Assembly: GCA_013239625.1 (NCBI GenBank) | Contig: MU053934.1 | Span: 8,949,352 to 9,013,351 of the forward strand | From: Lama guanicoe | Lineage: Eukaryota | Direction: 5' to 3' | DNA: 64,000 bases | In this document: positions 39,603 through 52,620 of the stretch, piece after piece | How the letters are laid out: each line of letters starts with the position of its first letter | How positions within the stretch are numbered: position 1 is the stretch's first letter | Position numbers and translations under genes: made by a program | Notes under the pieces: generated by a model | Told to the model about the DNA's origin: nothing | What the model saw: the letters and a program-made list of their open reading frames with translations, nothing else | Databases searched by the model: none

Positions 39603-40930
39603 CATAAGAGCAAATTTTAATTTTGAAAAGGCACTATGGCATAGAGCATTGAGGTTCCAAGAATCAGTGTTCAAATCCTGGCTCCACCATTTACTAGATA
39701 GCTGATCTCCAGCAAATTTACTTTGTTAACTTCAAATTCCAAGGGGATCATTTTCAAATATCTACATATAGTTCTTATTTATCTCTCAAACTAACTCATT
39801 CAATAAATATTTATTCACTGGCTGCCATGTGCTAAGAACTAAAGATATAATAATGAACAGGACAGAGTCCCCACTCTCAAGGACTAAGGCCAATGTAGGC
39901 TTATGGGAGAGGACTTGAAAAAAGTCTTGCCCCTTTCACTTTATCACTAAATCCAAGGACTGTGCTGGTTTCCAATTCGTTTATCCTTAACCTTCCCCCT
40001 GTCTAATTCATCCTATGCGTTACAGCAAGATTAATTTGTCTTACTAAATGATCTAAAACCAGAAGTGTGGAAGAGTAAAAAATACAGTTCTTTTTCAGTA
40101 TACAACACCAGGAGGGAGAAGAAATACCACAATTTTCAGGTGGAAAAGGACAAACATATATCATGAAGATAATGTTCTCATTTTACTCATTTATCACACA
40201 TATTCACTGAACAAATATCTACTATGCTAGGTGCCATAGTTATAAAAATGATCAAGATGTAATTCCTTTCCTTCAGGAACTCATACATTTTGAAATTAGA
40301 GCTTCCATATTGAAATTCTGTTATCTCACTTAAGAATTCCATTCAAAGAGGCAAAAACAAGATTAGGTGACGTCAAAGACCACATTGACCTGCCTCCATC
40401 TTTTCTCTGGCCACTCCCAGGGCTTATGTCAGGTCATGTGGGCTCCCTCGTACTCATGACTTCACATGCCAGATGGGTCTCTTAGGGGCCACCACCTGTT
40501 ATGCCAAGGGCTTGGAAGAAGATTCAGACATGGCTTAAGTTGAAGAATTGGCGTTACTGGAGAAAATGTAAAAGGCCAGGGACATCATTACACACGGCAA
40601 TGGTCAGGGCCTGGATGTCCTATTGGGCACAAAATGGGGGATAATCAGACTGCCTTGGTACCAGGTATTCTGGATTTGAGATGCCAGCTGATCATGCTAG
40701 TCGTCCAGAAAAACCAACTCCTGCCCAGCACCTAGCAATCTTGGGATCTGTGGAAAGTAATAGCCCCTGCCACCTAGAAACCACCATTCCTGTGGGAAAC
40801 TGAGTATGGGTACGTATTTTTTCACCTCTTTCCACACTGAAAAGTTATTTCTTCTTCTATCAGTGTTTCTGTATTTAAAAGACAACAGAGATTCAATCAT
40901 CACTCACTGATATGTATTAAGTACACGGGA

Positions 40931-42965
40931 ATTAAAATGGACCATACCACCCATGGCAATCTACAGATTCACTGCAATCCCTATTAATATACCAAAGGCA
41001 TTTTTCACAGAACTAGAATAATTATAAAATTTGAATGGAAACACAAAAGACCCTAAATAGTGAAAACAATCTTGAGAAAGAATAGAACTGAGCAGTATCA
41101 TGGTTCTTGAGTTCAAACTATACTACAACGCTACAGTAATCAAAACAGTGCAGTACTGGCATAAAAACACTCATAGATCAATGGAACAGGATACAGAGCC
41201 AAGAAATAAACCCACACTTATGTGGGTAATTAATCTGTGACAAAGGAGGCAAGAATATACAATGGGGAAAAGACAGCCTCTTCAACAAGTGGTGTTGGGA
41301 AAACTGGACAGCTACATGCAGAAGAATCAAACTGGACTACTCTCTCATCAAGCACAAAAATAAATTCAAAATGGATTAAAGACTAAAATACAAGACCTAA
41401 AACTGTAAAACTTCTAGAAGAAAACATAGGCATAGGCAGTACACTCTGACCCTGGTCTTCGTAATTTTTGGATATGTCTCTTCAAACAAGGAAAACAAAA
41501 GCAAAAATAAACAAATGGGACTAGATCAAACTAAAAAGCTTTTGCACAGGGAAGGAAACTATCAACAAAATGAAAAGGCCGCTTACTGAATGGTAGATAT
41601 TTGCAAATAATATATCCAATAAGGGGTTACCATCCAAAATATACAAAGAACTCATACAGCTCTGTATCAAAAAAATTTTTTTAAATGCGCAGGGGATCTG
41701 AACAGACATTTCTCCAAGGAAGACATACAGATAGCCAACAGGCACACAAAAAGTTGCTCAGCATCACTAATTGTCAGGGAAATGCAAATCAAAACCATAA
41801 TGAGCTATCACCTCACATCTGCCAGAATGGCTATCACCAACAAGACAACAAGTAAGTGCTGCCAACGATGTGGAGAAATCCTCGTGTACTGTTGGTAGGA
41901 ATGTGAACTAGTGCAGCCACTGTGGGCAACAGGATGGAGACTCCTCATAAAATTAAAAATTGAACTAACATATGATCCAGCAATACGACTGCTGGGTATT
42001 TATGCAAAGAAAACAAAAACACTAATTTGAAAAGGTAAGTGTACCGCTACATTCATAGCAGCATTATTTACAATAGCCATTGTGTATGTATATGTACACA
42101 CACACACAAAATGGAATATTACTCAGCCATAAAAGGATGGAATCTTGCCATTTGCAACAATATAGATGGATGTAAAGGGTATTATGCTAAGTGAATGGGG
42201 CAGACAGAGAAAGATGAATACTGTATGATTTCACTTATATATGGAATCTAACAGGAACAAAACAAATGAACAACCATAAAAAACATAAACAGAGCTAGAG
42301 ATACACAGAACAAACAGGTGTTTGTCAGAGGGGAGGGGGATAAGGGGAGGAAGAAATAGGAGAGAGAGATTAAGAGGTACAAACTTCCAGTTGCAAAATA
42401 AATGAGTCACAGGTATGAAATGTACAGTGTGGGGAATATAGCTAACAACTATGTAATACGTTTGTAAGGTGACACAGCATAACTAGACTTACTGTGGCCA
42501 TCAGTTTGAAACGTATGGAAATACCAAATAACTACATTGTGTAACAGGAACTACCACAGTGTTATAGATTAATTATACTTCAAAACCAAACAAACTCATA
42601 GAAAAAGAGACCAGATTTATGGATACTAGAGAGGCAGGAGGGCGGGAGGGAGAACTGGATGAATGCAGTCAAAAGGTACAAACTTCCGGTTATAAGATAA
42701 AGAAATACTAGGGATGTAATGCACAACATGATAAATATAATTAACACTGCTGTATGTTACAGAGAAAGTTAAAAGAGTAAATCCTAAGAGTTCAATCATA
42801 AAAATTTTTTCAAAATTTCTTTAATTTTGTACTTACATGAGAGAATAGATGTTCAAACTATTGTGATAATCACTTCACGATGTAAGTCAAATCATTATGT
42901 AGTATAATTAAACTTAAACAGTGCTATATGTCAATTATATCTCAATAAAACTGGAAGGGAAAAAA
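40931..42965 (+). mobile_element. 5'-truncated L1 (ORF2 3' part, long 3'UTR, A tail)
   Basis: L1 ORF2 text (gcaatctacagattc, aaaagcttttgcacag, gggaaatgcaaatcaaaacc); ends caattatatctcaataaaactgg. Confidence 0.9.
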
Positions 42966-42974
42966 TTTTTTTAC

Positions 42975-43478
42975 ATTCATAAACGTTTAGTCAGACTCAT
43001 CAAGAAAAAAAAAAAGAGGGCCAAATAAATAAAACCAGAAACAAAAGAAGAGAAGTAATAAACGACATCATAGTAATACAAAGGATCATTAAGAAATTAC
43101 TATGAACGATTACACACCAATAAAATGGGCAGCCTAGAATAAATGTATAAATTCCTAGAAATGTACAATCTCCTAAGACTGAATCAAGAAGAGACAGAAA
43201 ATATGAATAGCTCAATTACCATTAATGAAATCAAATTAGTAATTTAAAAAAACCCAACGAACAAAAGTCCAAGACCAGATGGCCTCACAGGTGAATTCCA
43301 CCAAATATTCAAAGAAGGGTTAACCCCTATCCTTCTCAAACTATTTCAAAAAACTGAAGAGGAAGTAATGCTTCTGAACTAATTCTACAAGGCCAACATC
43401 ATCCTAATACCAAAACCAGACAAAGACACCATACAAAAAAGAAAATTACAGGCCAATTTCACTGATGAACATAGATGT
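42975..43478 (+). mobile_element. L1 ORF2 internal fragment (upstream of the RT core)
   Basis: agtccaagaccagatggcctcacaggtgaattc...ctaataccaaaaccagacaaagac...actgatgaacatagatg. Confidence 0.85.
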
Positions 43479-45725
43479 ACTTCAATTCCCACCACCTAGT
43501 ATAGGGAATAAGCTATATTACTTTCTATTTCCAGATCATTACAGTTAAAGAACTATGAACTATAAAATGTTAAATAATTTAAACATGTAAGTTTGATATC
43601 AAGTACCAGACAGTCTATAATTTCTTAAGCAGAAATATATTCAAATGCAGAAGAGTACATAATGTTAGATATTATCAACCTTGCATGTAACTGACCTCGC
43701 ATTTTAAACCATAATTTATCAAGCAATTAAGATGGAGTCTACTGCGATATTGTGCTATATTACGGTGTACTCACCAAAAATCATGCAATATTTCTCAATG
43801 TCAATGTTGTTGAAAATAATCACAGAGAAAAACAGGGGGAAATGGATGAATTAAAGAGAACCTAGTTTAATTCTCACACTAAATTTTAAAAAACTTAGGA
43901 TTGAGCATATAAGGGAGAAAACAAAGTACAAATAAGACTTTCCAGAGATGTGTAAAGATAAATGTTGTCAATTTTTCATCACCTCCAAAGGAAATTGGTT
44001 TCTCAATTAACAGATGTTTCCACAGATTAGAAAGGGTAAATTTACTGAAAACATATCTTTTAATATACAGAACAGTCTACCTTCTGGTATGATAGAGGAA
44101 TGCACTATTCTGATTTATCTAAAATCTCAGTTAACAGAAAATTAGCAATCAAATAATTAGAATGGAAACAATACCCTAAATTGAGCTGAAAAGAATTCAA
44201 TATTGATGGTTCCCAAATCTTTCAGTGGCTCAGAATTACGATATGAATATCAAGTCTTACTGAACTAAGGCTATTTGGAACAGCATTTAATAGTCTGATT
44301 GATATAAAAGGTACTAAAGCCTTTCTTCTTTGTATACATTTCATAGCCAAATGCATTTTTCTTTCAACTCAGAATATGCGCTACATATTTCATATATGTT
44401 TAAGATCTTTATTAAAAACTCTAATTTTTATTACACTGAAGTAAATAAACGATGGGGTATCAAAAGAAAGGACCTTAATCTCAGAGAGGTTGTGGAGCAC
44501 AGCCAACCACCTGCCTCTTTCCCCAATGGAAGGGAATGAAGGCCTCTGGGAACAGACCCCATGGATTGATGCCTAATGACCTACAAGGTTATTCTTAAAG
44601 ATTAACTGACCCATCACAGTGATGTTACACAACCCTCTAAGCATCAAAGATGTCTGGAACAAATTTGAAGATTTGAGGCCAATAAACTCTAGCCAAATTT
44701 AATTATATATAAATCAGGAACATCAATAGTTCACCCTAGATATGTATAGACACATACGCTCATATATTACATATATGGGATACTTCTGAAGGATGCATAA
44801 GAAAGTGTTAACAGCTATGGGTGTGGACTCTCTAAGTGGGAGTGTGGAGTGGCTAAAAGTCTTCTCTTCATATTCCTTTGCAAATTTACCATATGCATAT
44901 ATTACTTTTTCAATAAAACCTAATTAAAAATTAAATACATAAAGTTATGAGAAATGTAGACATCAAGGCAGAAAATTTAGAAAAGAAAAAACCAGGATGA
45001 GAACAAAGTAATAGTATCTTCCTCACAGTGGTTTGAGGATTAAATACATTGGGTTTATGGCAGTGATGTAAACACGGCATATACGTGGTATGTACAAACA
45101 AACACTACATTATAATTATATTGTTGTTATCCCTGGAAGATGTCAGACCCATTTCTAGAGACGTACTTCCTAGCCCTCAGTTTCTTCATTTGTACCCTAC
45201 AGCAAAAACCTAACTCTGTGGTATTATTGTGAGATGTAAATGAGCTAATAAATGAAAAGTGTCTAGCAAAGTAATCAATAAACTTTTTCTCCCCTAAATT
45301 CCAAATATATATATAATTTAGAACATTTCTCCCCCCCAAAAAGCCTAGAACCTTTCCCCATTGTGATTCTTGTTAGAAATTGTGGTCACATTTTTAGGAT
45401 GGCCCACAGACTACATAATATATGGTAAACTTCTGTTATCGTTGAATTGTCACAGTATTTTTACAGCCCAATTCTCAGTCTTTAGAAAAGATCACGAGAC
45501 TTAAGAGGGAAAGGTGCTTAGTGTATTACCACATTCACTGTCATCTTATTCAACCTGCCATCACTATGAGGTAGACATACCTGTCCTCGTTGCATAAATA
45601 AAGAAATCAAAGCTCAGAGAAGTGAAATGATTTAATTATAGCAACACAAATCAGTGACAGAATAAGACTGGCTGGAAGCCAGGTCTGCCTTACTCTAAGG
45701 CAGAACACTATAAAGTTGTCTCTTT

Positions 45726-45868
45726 TTCTGTTATTTATTTATTTACTTATTTTAATTGAAGTATAGTCAGTTATGGTGCATTAATTTCTGGTATACAGCA
45801 CAGTGATTCAGTTATATGCATATATATACACATATATTCCTTTTCATATTCATTTCATTACAGGCTAT
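45726..45868 (-). mobile_element. Short L1 3' end (same terminal motif as the 19142 insert)
   Basis: Reverse strand ...ctgactatacttcaattaaaataagtaaataaataaat; shares ctgactatacttcaat with the 19142 element. Confidence 0.75.
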
Positions 45869-46324
45869 GTAATGCCTTGGGCGGTTATAGATAAGCAAGG
45901 AAAGGTCACTTCTGATGTAGACTATTAAGCTCCTCTTTGGCTATGCCCCTAATGTTTCCAAATGACTTTCCATTCACCTGTATCATGATACTTATTTGTT
46001 TTTTCCCTTTGTCTGTCCCCCACTAACCTCACTGGACTAAATTACATGTAAGAACAGACAATGTCACCTGCCCACGCATATCACTGTATAGCTGTGCAGA
46101 AGGTGTTTACTGACGACAAAAATGAAGGCACTGTCTATTTATACCTTAGACCATGAAAGAGCACAAAATGATACTAAGCAGCACAACAGGTAATCCAGAA
46201 ATCTTAATTAATTCCTTAATTAATTCCTGACATATACCCATTTATATACCGAAAAGTCAGCACAAAAAGGGAATAAAATTTCATGGAAAATAATTCTAAA
46301 TCATTATTGCACAAACCAAGGTAC

Positions 46325-46465
46325 CTGAACTACTCCATGCCTTCTCTTTTCAAATGCCAGTCTGTCTTCATCGGCCTTCTGTTCCCACCGTAGTTTTTCC
46401 AGTTGTTGGGTCTTTAAAGCCACTTTCTTTCTTACTTGTTCCTTAAGTTCTTTATAACGATCCAG
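46325..46465 (-). CDS. SMC1B: SMC1B exon 7
   Basis: ttttatacag|CTG GAT CGT ... GTT CAG|gtacct; 141 nt; LDRYKELKEQVRKKVALKTQQLEKLRWEQKADEDRLAFEKRRHGVVQ. Confidence 0.96.
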
Positions 46466-47102
46466 CTGTATAAAAGGCATTTAAACATTGCTACCTCACT
46501 TAAAGAAGCATGAGAGGAAATTCTTTATATCATATCCTTTACTAGCAGATAACTAAACTTCTCAAAAGTACATTTTACATAAATTAGATCATAAATGGCC
46601 ATCTTCTCCAGCTAAGGAACTGTGAACATAAAATAAACATTGTCTTATTTAAAATTGCTTAGATAGATCAATAAGGTATTCAAAACCAACTCTATAAGGT
46701 CTCTGTAAGAAATTCTTAAAAGAGAAAGCAGATTAAAACTCATTAATAGTCCAGAAGCAAGAGGAGTTCAGAGAAAATTACATCTTCTTTCTATTTATAT
46801 AGTCACAATTATTTTAGTATATATTTTATAAGATTATCATAAAATTAACGGAAGAGATAAATGATAGAAATTTAGTTGAGAGTATAATTAAAAATTCTCA
46901 ATTACAAATTTTTGGATATCTACTATCGATTTATTATAGTTAAAGCTTATAAACTAAATTGGATATTAATTCATTACTTAACATTTTAAATCATCTTAAG
47001 TAAATCGATTTCCTTGTCAATTAAGTGATCATGTCTCTTCAAAGCCATATATTATCTGACTTTTAAGTTTTTACAACATTAGTAAGAAAAAAAAGACTAC
47101 CT

Positions 47103-47158
47103 TACATGTGAACATAATTTAATTACCTAAAACATAAGAATATAATTTAATTACCTAA
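47103..47158. repeat. Imperfect 28-bp tandem duplication
   Basis: ataatttaattacctaa at 47114-47130 and 47142-47158; the preceding 11-mers match at 7/11. Confidence 0.7.
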
Positions 47159-47437
47159 CTTTTGTTACAGAATGATACCATGTATCTTATTGACGTATTT
47201 TCTTTGACTTTAATTTGCTCAAAAATGTTATGTCATCTAATCTTATGAAGGAAAAAAACCTAGAATAAAGATTACATTTAGATTCTAGATACATAGCCTG
47301 AATCTAAATCCCCATAACTTAAATTCTGAGGACAACACTTAAAATATCAGAAAGAGATGTTATCCTTTAAATTTTTTCTAATGAAAAGGAGAAGCTGAAA
47401 CGTAGAAACATGGTTTCCCACACGTTGACTTTTTCAC

Positions 47438-47696
47438 CTGACTGGCTTCTAGTTCAATATCTCGCCCTTTATGTACGGCTTCTTCCTCAATCTGCTTTTC
47501 AAAACTTCTCCATGCAACATCTAAATCAATCAGCTCTGTCTCTAAGGCTTTTATATCATCTTCCTGTTTAGAACATTGTTTTTCACTGTCCTTCATTGAT
47601 TTCTTAGCCACATCTAATTTCTTGAGGTGGTGAGAAGTGTTTTCCTTAGCTTTAATGTATTGAGGCCTCTTCTGATTTAAAAGTGCTTCAAGAGAT
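47438..47696 (-). CDS. SMC1B: SMC1B exon 6 (coiled coil)
   Basis: ctttttag|A TCT CTT GAA ... AGT CAG|gtgaaa; 259 nt; SLEALLNQKRPQYIKAKENTSHHLKKLDVAKK...DIELEASQ. Confidence 0.96.
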
Positions 47697-47809
47697 CTAA
47701 AAAGAAAAATAAAGTTTGCTTTAAAGGAAATTAAATTGTATAATATATAAAGGAAGAAGTTCTTTTGATTAAATTATACATTTGAAAAGAAATGCTAAAA
47801 ATTGACTTT

Positions 47810-48900
47810 CAGAGCTAAGCGAATCAGTGATTGCCAGACATTGGAGGGAGAACTGAATAGGTAACACACAGAGAAATTTTTTAAGGGTGATAAACTACTC
47901 TGTATGATACTGTAGTGGTGGACATATGACATCATGCATTTGTCAAAACTTACATGGTTTTACAGCACCAAAAGTGAACTGTAATGAATGCAAATTTTTA
48001 AAAACCACTTAGGAAGCCAAGGGATCCTAGATGGAATACAGAATGTGACAAAAGAATTAACTGTATTAAAAAGTTATGAAACAACCTTACTGAAGAAGGT
48101 GGAGGGGAAAGGTGCTAACCGAAATCACTTTGGAAATGAGTAGAGTTTGTAAAACTAAAAGCAAAAGGAACTGTACATAAGCATTGTACTCTAGTAGATA
48201 AAGCTGCTTCCCACAAGGATATGGGTTAACAATTCTGATACCACCACAAGTAACTACTGGAATTGAACAGTTAAGCAAACAGATGGGAGAGAATGGAACC
48301 CAGGTTTCCTACTGTTGGAATGGGCAGTTACAAATAAGCAAGAAAAGGCCAACATCAACAGCAATATCACTTGATATTATGATATATTAGATGGTAAGTC
48401 ATATACCATATATGATATGTTTACATCTCTGATACAATGTGATGATAATGGCATTTTACCTCTATTATCTTCTTCCCCAAAACCCATCAACTCTTATCTA
48501 ATTATGAGAAAACTATCAGACAAATCCTAACTGAGACACATTCTACAAAAAACCTGACCGATGCTCCTTAAAACTGTCAAGGTCACCAAAAATAAGAAAG
48601 TTTGAGAAACAAGCACAACTAAAAGGAGCCTAAGGAGACATGATGACTAAACATAATATAGCATGCTGGATCAGAAAAACAACATTAGGTAAAACCTAAA
48701 AATATATGAATAAAGTATGAACTTTAGTTAATAATGTATCAATATTGGTTCATCGATTCTGACAAATAGATTGTACTACTAATGTAAGATGTTATAAGTG
48801 AGAGAAATTGAGTGCGAGTAGTGTGGGAACTCTCCATACTACCCTTAAAATTGTTCTGTATATCTAGAAGTATTCCAAAGCAAAAAGTTTATTCAAAAAA
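47810..48900 (+). mobile_element. L1MC-like 3'UTR
   Basis: ctgtatgatactgtagtggtggacat...tatgaaacaaccttactgaagaaggtggagggg...aaaactgtcaaggtcaccaaaaataagaaag. Confidence 0.75.
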
Positions 48901-48981
48901 TCAAAATGTTACTTATATTTTTATTTTCTCTATCAATCTACATAAAATCCAACTGTTAAAAACTTTTTAAAAAAACCTCAC

Positions 48982-49220
48982 TTTAATTCTTTTTCTGTTT
49001 GTTGTAGTTGTCTGCTCAACATTCCATGTTCCTTTTTCTTGGCTTTAACTATGTTTTCATGACGAGAAAGAGACTCTTTCGTGACACGCAAATCCTTATT
49101 CACACGCTCTAACTCAGTGTTTAGAAAATGAATTTTTTTCTCATTATGATACAGTTGGAAAAGCTGTAGTTGTATCTTGTTTATTTTCAGTTCTTCAAGG
49201 AGACTCTGGTAACGTTCTGC
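48982..49220 (-). CDS. SMC1B: SMC1B exon 5 (coiled coil)
   Basis: ttttatag|GCA GAA CGT TAC ... GAA TTA AA|gtgagg; 239 nt; AERYQSLLEELKINKIQLQLFQLYHNEKKIH...QTEKEL; not in ORF track. Confidence 0.96.
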
Positions 49221-50667
49221 CTATAAAATAGTATAATTCAACAACAGTTAAAAAGGAGTATATTTTAAGTTGACCTTACATAAACTCAGCTTTAGTACCA
49301 ACAAATGACCTCTAATGAATTTTTATTTATGCCATTAACAAATGGTATTCTTGTCAAGAGTAGAATTATTTGGAGAAGGCTTCTGTATACACTTCTACAA
49401 TAAACTAGTAAACCAGTAAATAATTTTATTTTCATGCACTCAGTTCTATGGTGGCAAGAACCATGAAGTGGCACCTGCTAACTGAGTCCTTATCTTACTT
49501 TTGTTTTTATCTCAGAGTCTGGCAAGCATTCCTGACATCAGCTTCCTCATTTGTAAGTTGAGGGAAGTTATATGACTTTTAAGGCCCCTAGCAACATTAA
49601 ATTCAGTAATTTCAGGTAAAATTCCTTTTATAGGATATAATTTTTTCTACTAATAGGACTGTTAAAGTTCTAAATAATATGTAAATTGGAAGAATTTCCT
49701 TACCATTTGTACTATTAATAAAGAAAGAAAGAAATGTGATGCTTTGAGAGGAAAGCTCCTAATCAATGAAATATTCCAAGTAACAGAAAACAGCAATTTG
49801 CCACGGTGTAGTAAAAAATGAGGAAGTTGGACTATTCTAACTGTCCTTCTAATGTTTAAAGTCCTCCAACTCTACATTTCTGTAAGCTGTTTCAGCATAT
49901 TATGAATACTACAGTTTACCTTTCACTGACAAAACCAAGGAAATATACACATGTAAAAATATGAACAGAGAAACATCACTAATAAGGAACACATCCACCT
50001 TTCATTTATTTCTTCAAATATTTATTAATCGCCTAGAGTGTGCCAGGCCCTATTCTGTGTGCGGAAATTGATTACAGAACAAGACAGAAACAGTCTCTGC
50101 TCTTGCAAGTTTACAATCTTGTTATCCTAATGGGCAGGCAGGGAAGAGGCAATAAACAAGCAAACAAGTAAGAATTCCATACAGCAAAATATGCTACAAA
50201 AGAAACAAAACAGAGTAATGCAATGCTACCAGGGAGGGGATGCTAATTTAGATTGGGAGCATGGACAGCAAAGCCCTGTCTAAGAAAATGGCTTTTTCAT
50301 GAAAACCTGCAGGAGAGTATCAGCTGTGTAAAAAGTAGGTATACAAGTATTGAGGCAGAGGAAATAGAAGAGGCTCCAGGACAGACGGGAGTGTGATATG
50401 TTCAACGAGTAATAAAGGTCAGTGTGGTGGGAGAGCGGAGGAAGTGAAAGCTTCTAGGGTGAACAAGGGGCGATTCAGCAGGCTGGATCTGGAGACTGGA
50501 TTCCCAGTGCAGTGGGAAGCACTGCTTGGGAAGAGGTTTTTTGCAAGACAAAGACAGAAACTGATTTTCATTTGAAAAAGATTACTCCAAAGACAACCAA
50601 CTCTCAACAATATACAAAGTGCTATACTAGGCATTGGGAAGGGCACCAAGAAATAACCCCTACAGAA

Positions 50668-51183
50668 CAGCATCTGCCAAGTGTGGCCGTGCCTCCTAGG
50701 GTTCCCCAACACCCTTTCATGGAGCCCCTGAGGTCAGAACTATTTTCACAATAATACTAAGACTTTATTTGCCTTTTTCACTGTGTTGACGTCTGCACTG
50801 ATGGTGTAAAAGCCAACGGAGGGTAAAGCTGCTAGGCCTTAGCACAAATAAGAGTTAATACAGAAGCTGATGTGAGAATTCATCAGTCTTCTATTAAGCC
50901 AGACATTAAGGAGATTATAAAAATGTAAAATAATACCACTCTGCTAATTATTTAGTTTTATAAAATGCAGTGTTTTTCATAAAAATATGAAATATGTTAT
51001 TCATGCTAACACGTAATGAGTTACTTTTACATTGATTATTAAAATACATTTTTTACTATCTCAGTTTTAATTTCAAATACAATAAATATCAGCATATGTA
51101 ACGCACATGAATAGAAATTTTTTGGACTCCTCAATAATTTTTAAAGCGTAAGAGAACAAAATCCAAAAGTCTGAGAGCCTCTG
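50668..51183. mobile_element. hAT-Charlie (Charlie1-like) DNA transposon remnant
   Basis: gaggtcagaactattttcacaataatactaagac...ctattaagccagacattaaggagat...aaaagtctgagagcctctg. Confidence 0.65.
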
Positions 51184-51420
51184 CCGTATAAGGTTAAAAA
51201 CTCCTCAAGTTTAATTTATTTGGGACAATCAGATACCTTTGCAGTTTAGGTCATTCTGCCTGTTTGAGAGAGAAGAACCTCAACAGTGGGAAATACATCA
51301 AGAAGTTTATCTCTGATGAGCACTGGGCTTTATTTAAGCCTTTTAGCAATCCCCAGCCAACACCTACAACTCTAGCAGGAAGTGTCTGTGCCCAGCACAG
51401 TTGGTTACACGACACCTTAC

Positions 51421-51624
51421 CTCTTCTTTCTCTAATTTTGCATGTTTACGCTCTGCAGCTACATTTTTTTTCTTATTAAAATTAAATTGTGCATCTTCTT
51501 CAGCTTTCTGTAACTTTCTCTTTTTTTCCTCATATTCTCTTGCAAGCTCTCCTGAAGTGCTGATTTCCTCAAAAAACTGGGTTCTTTCTTTGGGTTTTTT
51601 CATTGAAATCAACTCCACAGTTCC
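51421..51624 (-). CDS. SMC1B: SMC1B exon 4
   Basis: tttttaaaag|GGA ACT GTG ... GAA GAG|gtaagg; 204 nt; [27 protein letters not shown]...AKLEKEE. Confidence 0.96.
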
Positions 51625-51713
51625 CTTTTAAAAACAGTAAAGGAGACCAACACATAAAATATAGTGATATGTTTTCAAGATCATGAGTCAAATAAACTAC
51701 CACAGCTACTTAC

Positions 51714-51826
51714 CTGAAAAACTAGACAGTTCCGTGCTTTGACTATTATTCCTATCTTTTCCAGCTCTGTGATGTAAAAAGAACGACTCACAGGATTATC
51801 ATTAAAATGAAATTCTGAGCAACCCC
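51714..51826 (-). CDS. SMC1B: SMC1B exon 3 (ends at Q-loop LVFQ)
   Basis: ttttag|GG GGT TGC ... TTT CAG|gtaagt; 113 nt; GCSEFHFNDNPVSRSFYITELEKIGIIVKARNCLVFQ. Confidence 0.97.
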
Positions 51827-52261
51827 CTAAAATAAAAGAATAAAGGCTGTTATAAATACCAGACATATATCAACAACTATGGAAAGCTTAATAAGATTTT
51901 TTATTGAAATAGCTACTTATGCAATAATATACATGTTAATAAACGTATTTAATCAGTCAACAAATACTGAGTGTCTGCTACATGCCACAGAATATTCTAC
52001 AGCAGTGAACATAACAAATGAAATCTGATCTCAAGGAGCTTATATCCTAGTAATGAAGACAGACAAAAATGAGATATGTAAGTAAAATAAATACGTGAGA
52101 AAGTGTTAAGTTCTAAGGAGTAAAATAGAGTTGGGAAGGGGGTATGGAAGTTCCTGTGTAGGAGAAAGAGGCACTGCAATTTTAAATAGGATGGATGCAA
52201 TGGTCTGAATGTTTGTGTCCCCTCTAAACTCAATTTTAAATTGAATGTTTGTTAGGGTCTA

Positions 52262-52620
52262 TGGCGACAGTGGTTGAGGGGCTGGGGTAAGGAAAAATGC
52301 GGAGATGTTGGTCAAGGGATGTAAGCTTTCATTTATGCAAGATAAGTAAGTTCTGGAGATCTAATGTATAGCAGTATGACTATAATGAACAATACTGTAT
52401 TGTATTCTTCAAATTTGCTAAGAATGTAGATCTTAAGTGTCCTTACCACACACACATCTACACACACACACAAGAAAATAGTAACTATGTGAGGTGATAC
52501 ATATGCTAATTAGCATGACTGGTAATTATTTCACAATGTATATTAAAACATCAGTTATATACTTCAAACATATACAATTTTATCTGTCAATTATACCTCA
52601 ATAAAGATGGAAAAAATAAA
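52262..52620 (+). mobile_element. L1MA-like 3'UTR fragment
   Basis: ggagatgttggtcaaggg...aagttctggagatctaatgtatagc...tcaattatacctcaataaa. Confidence 0.8.
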
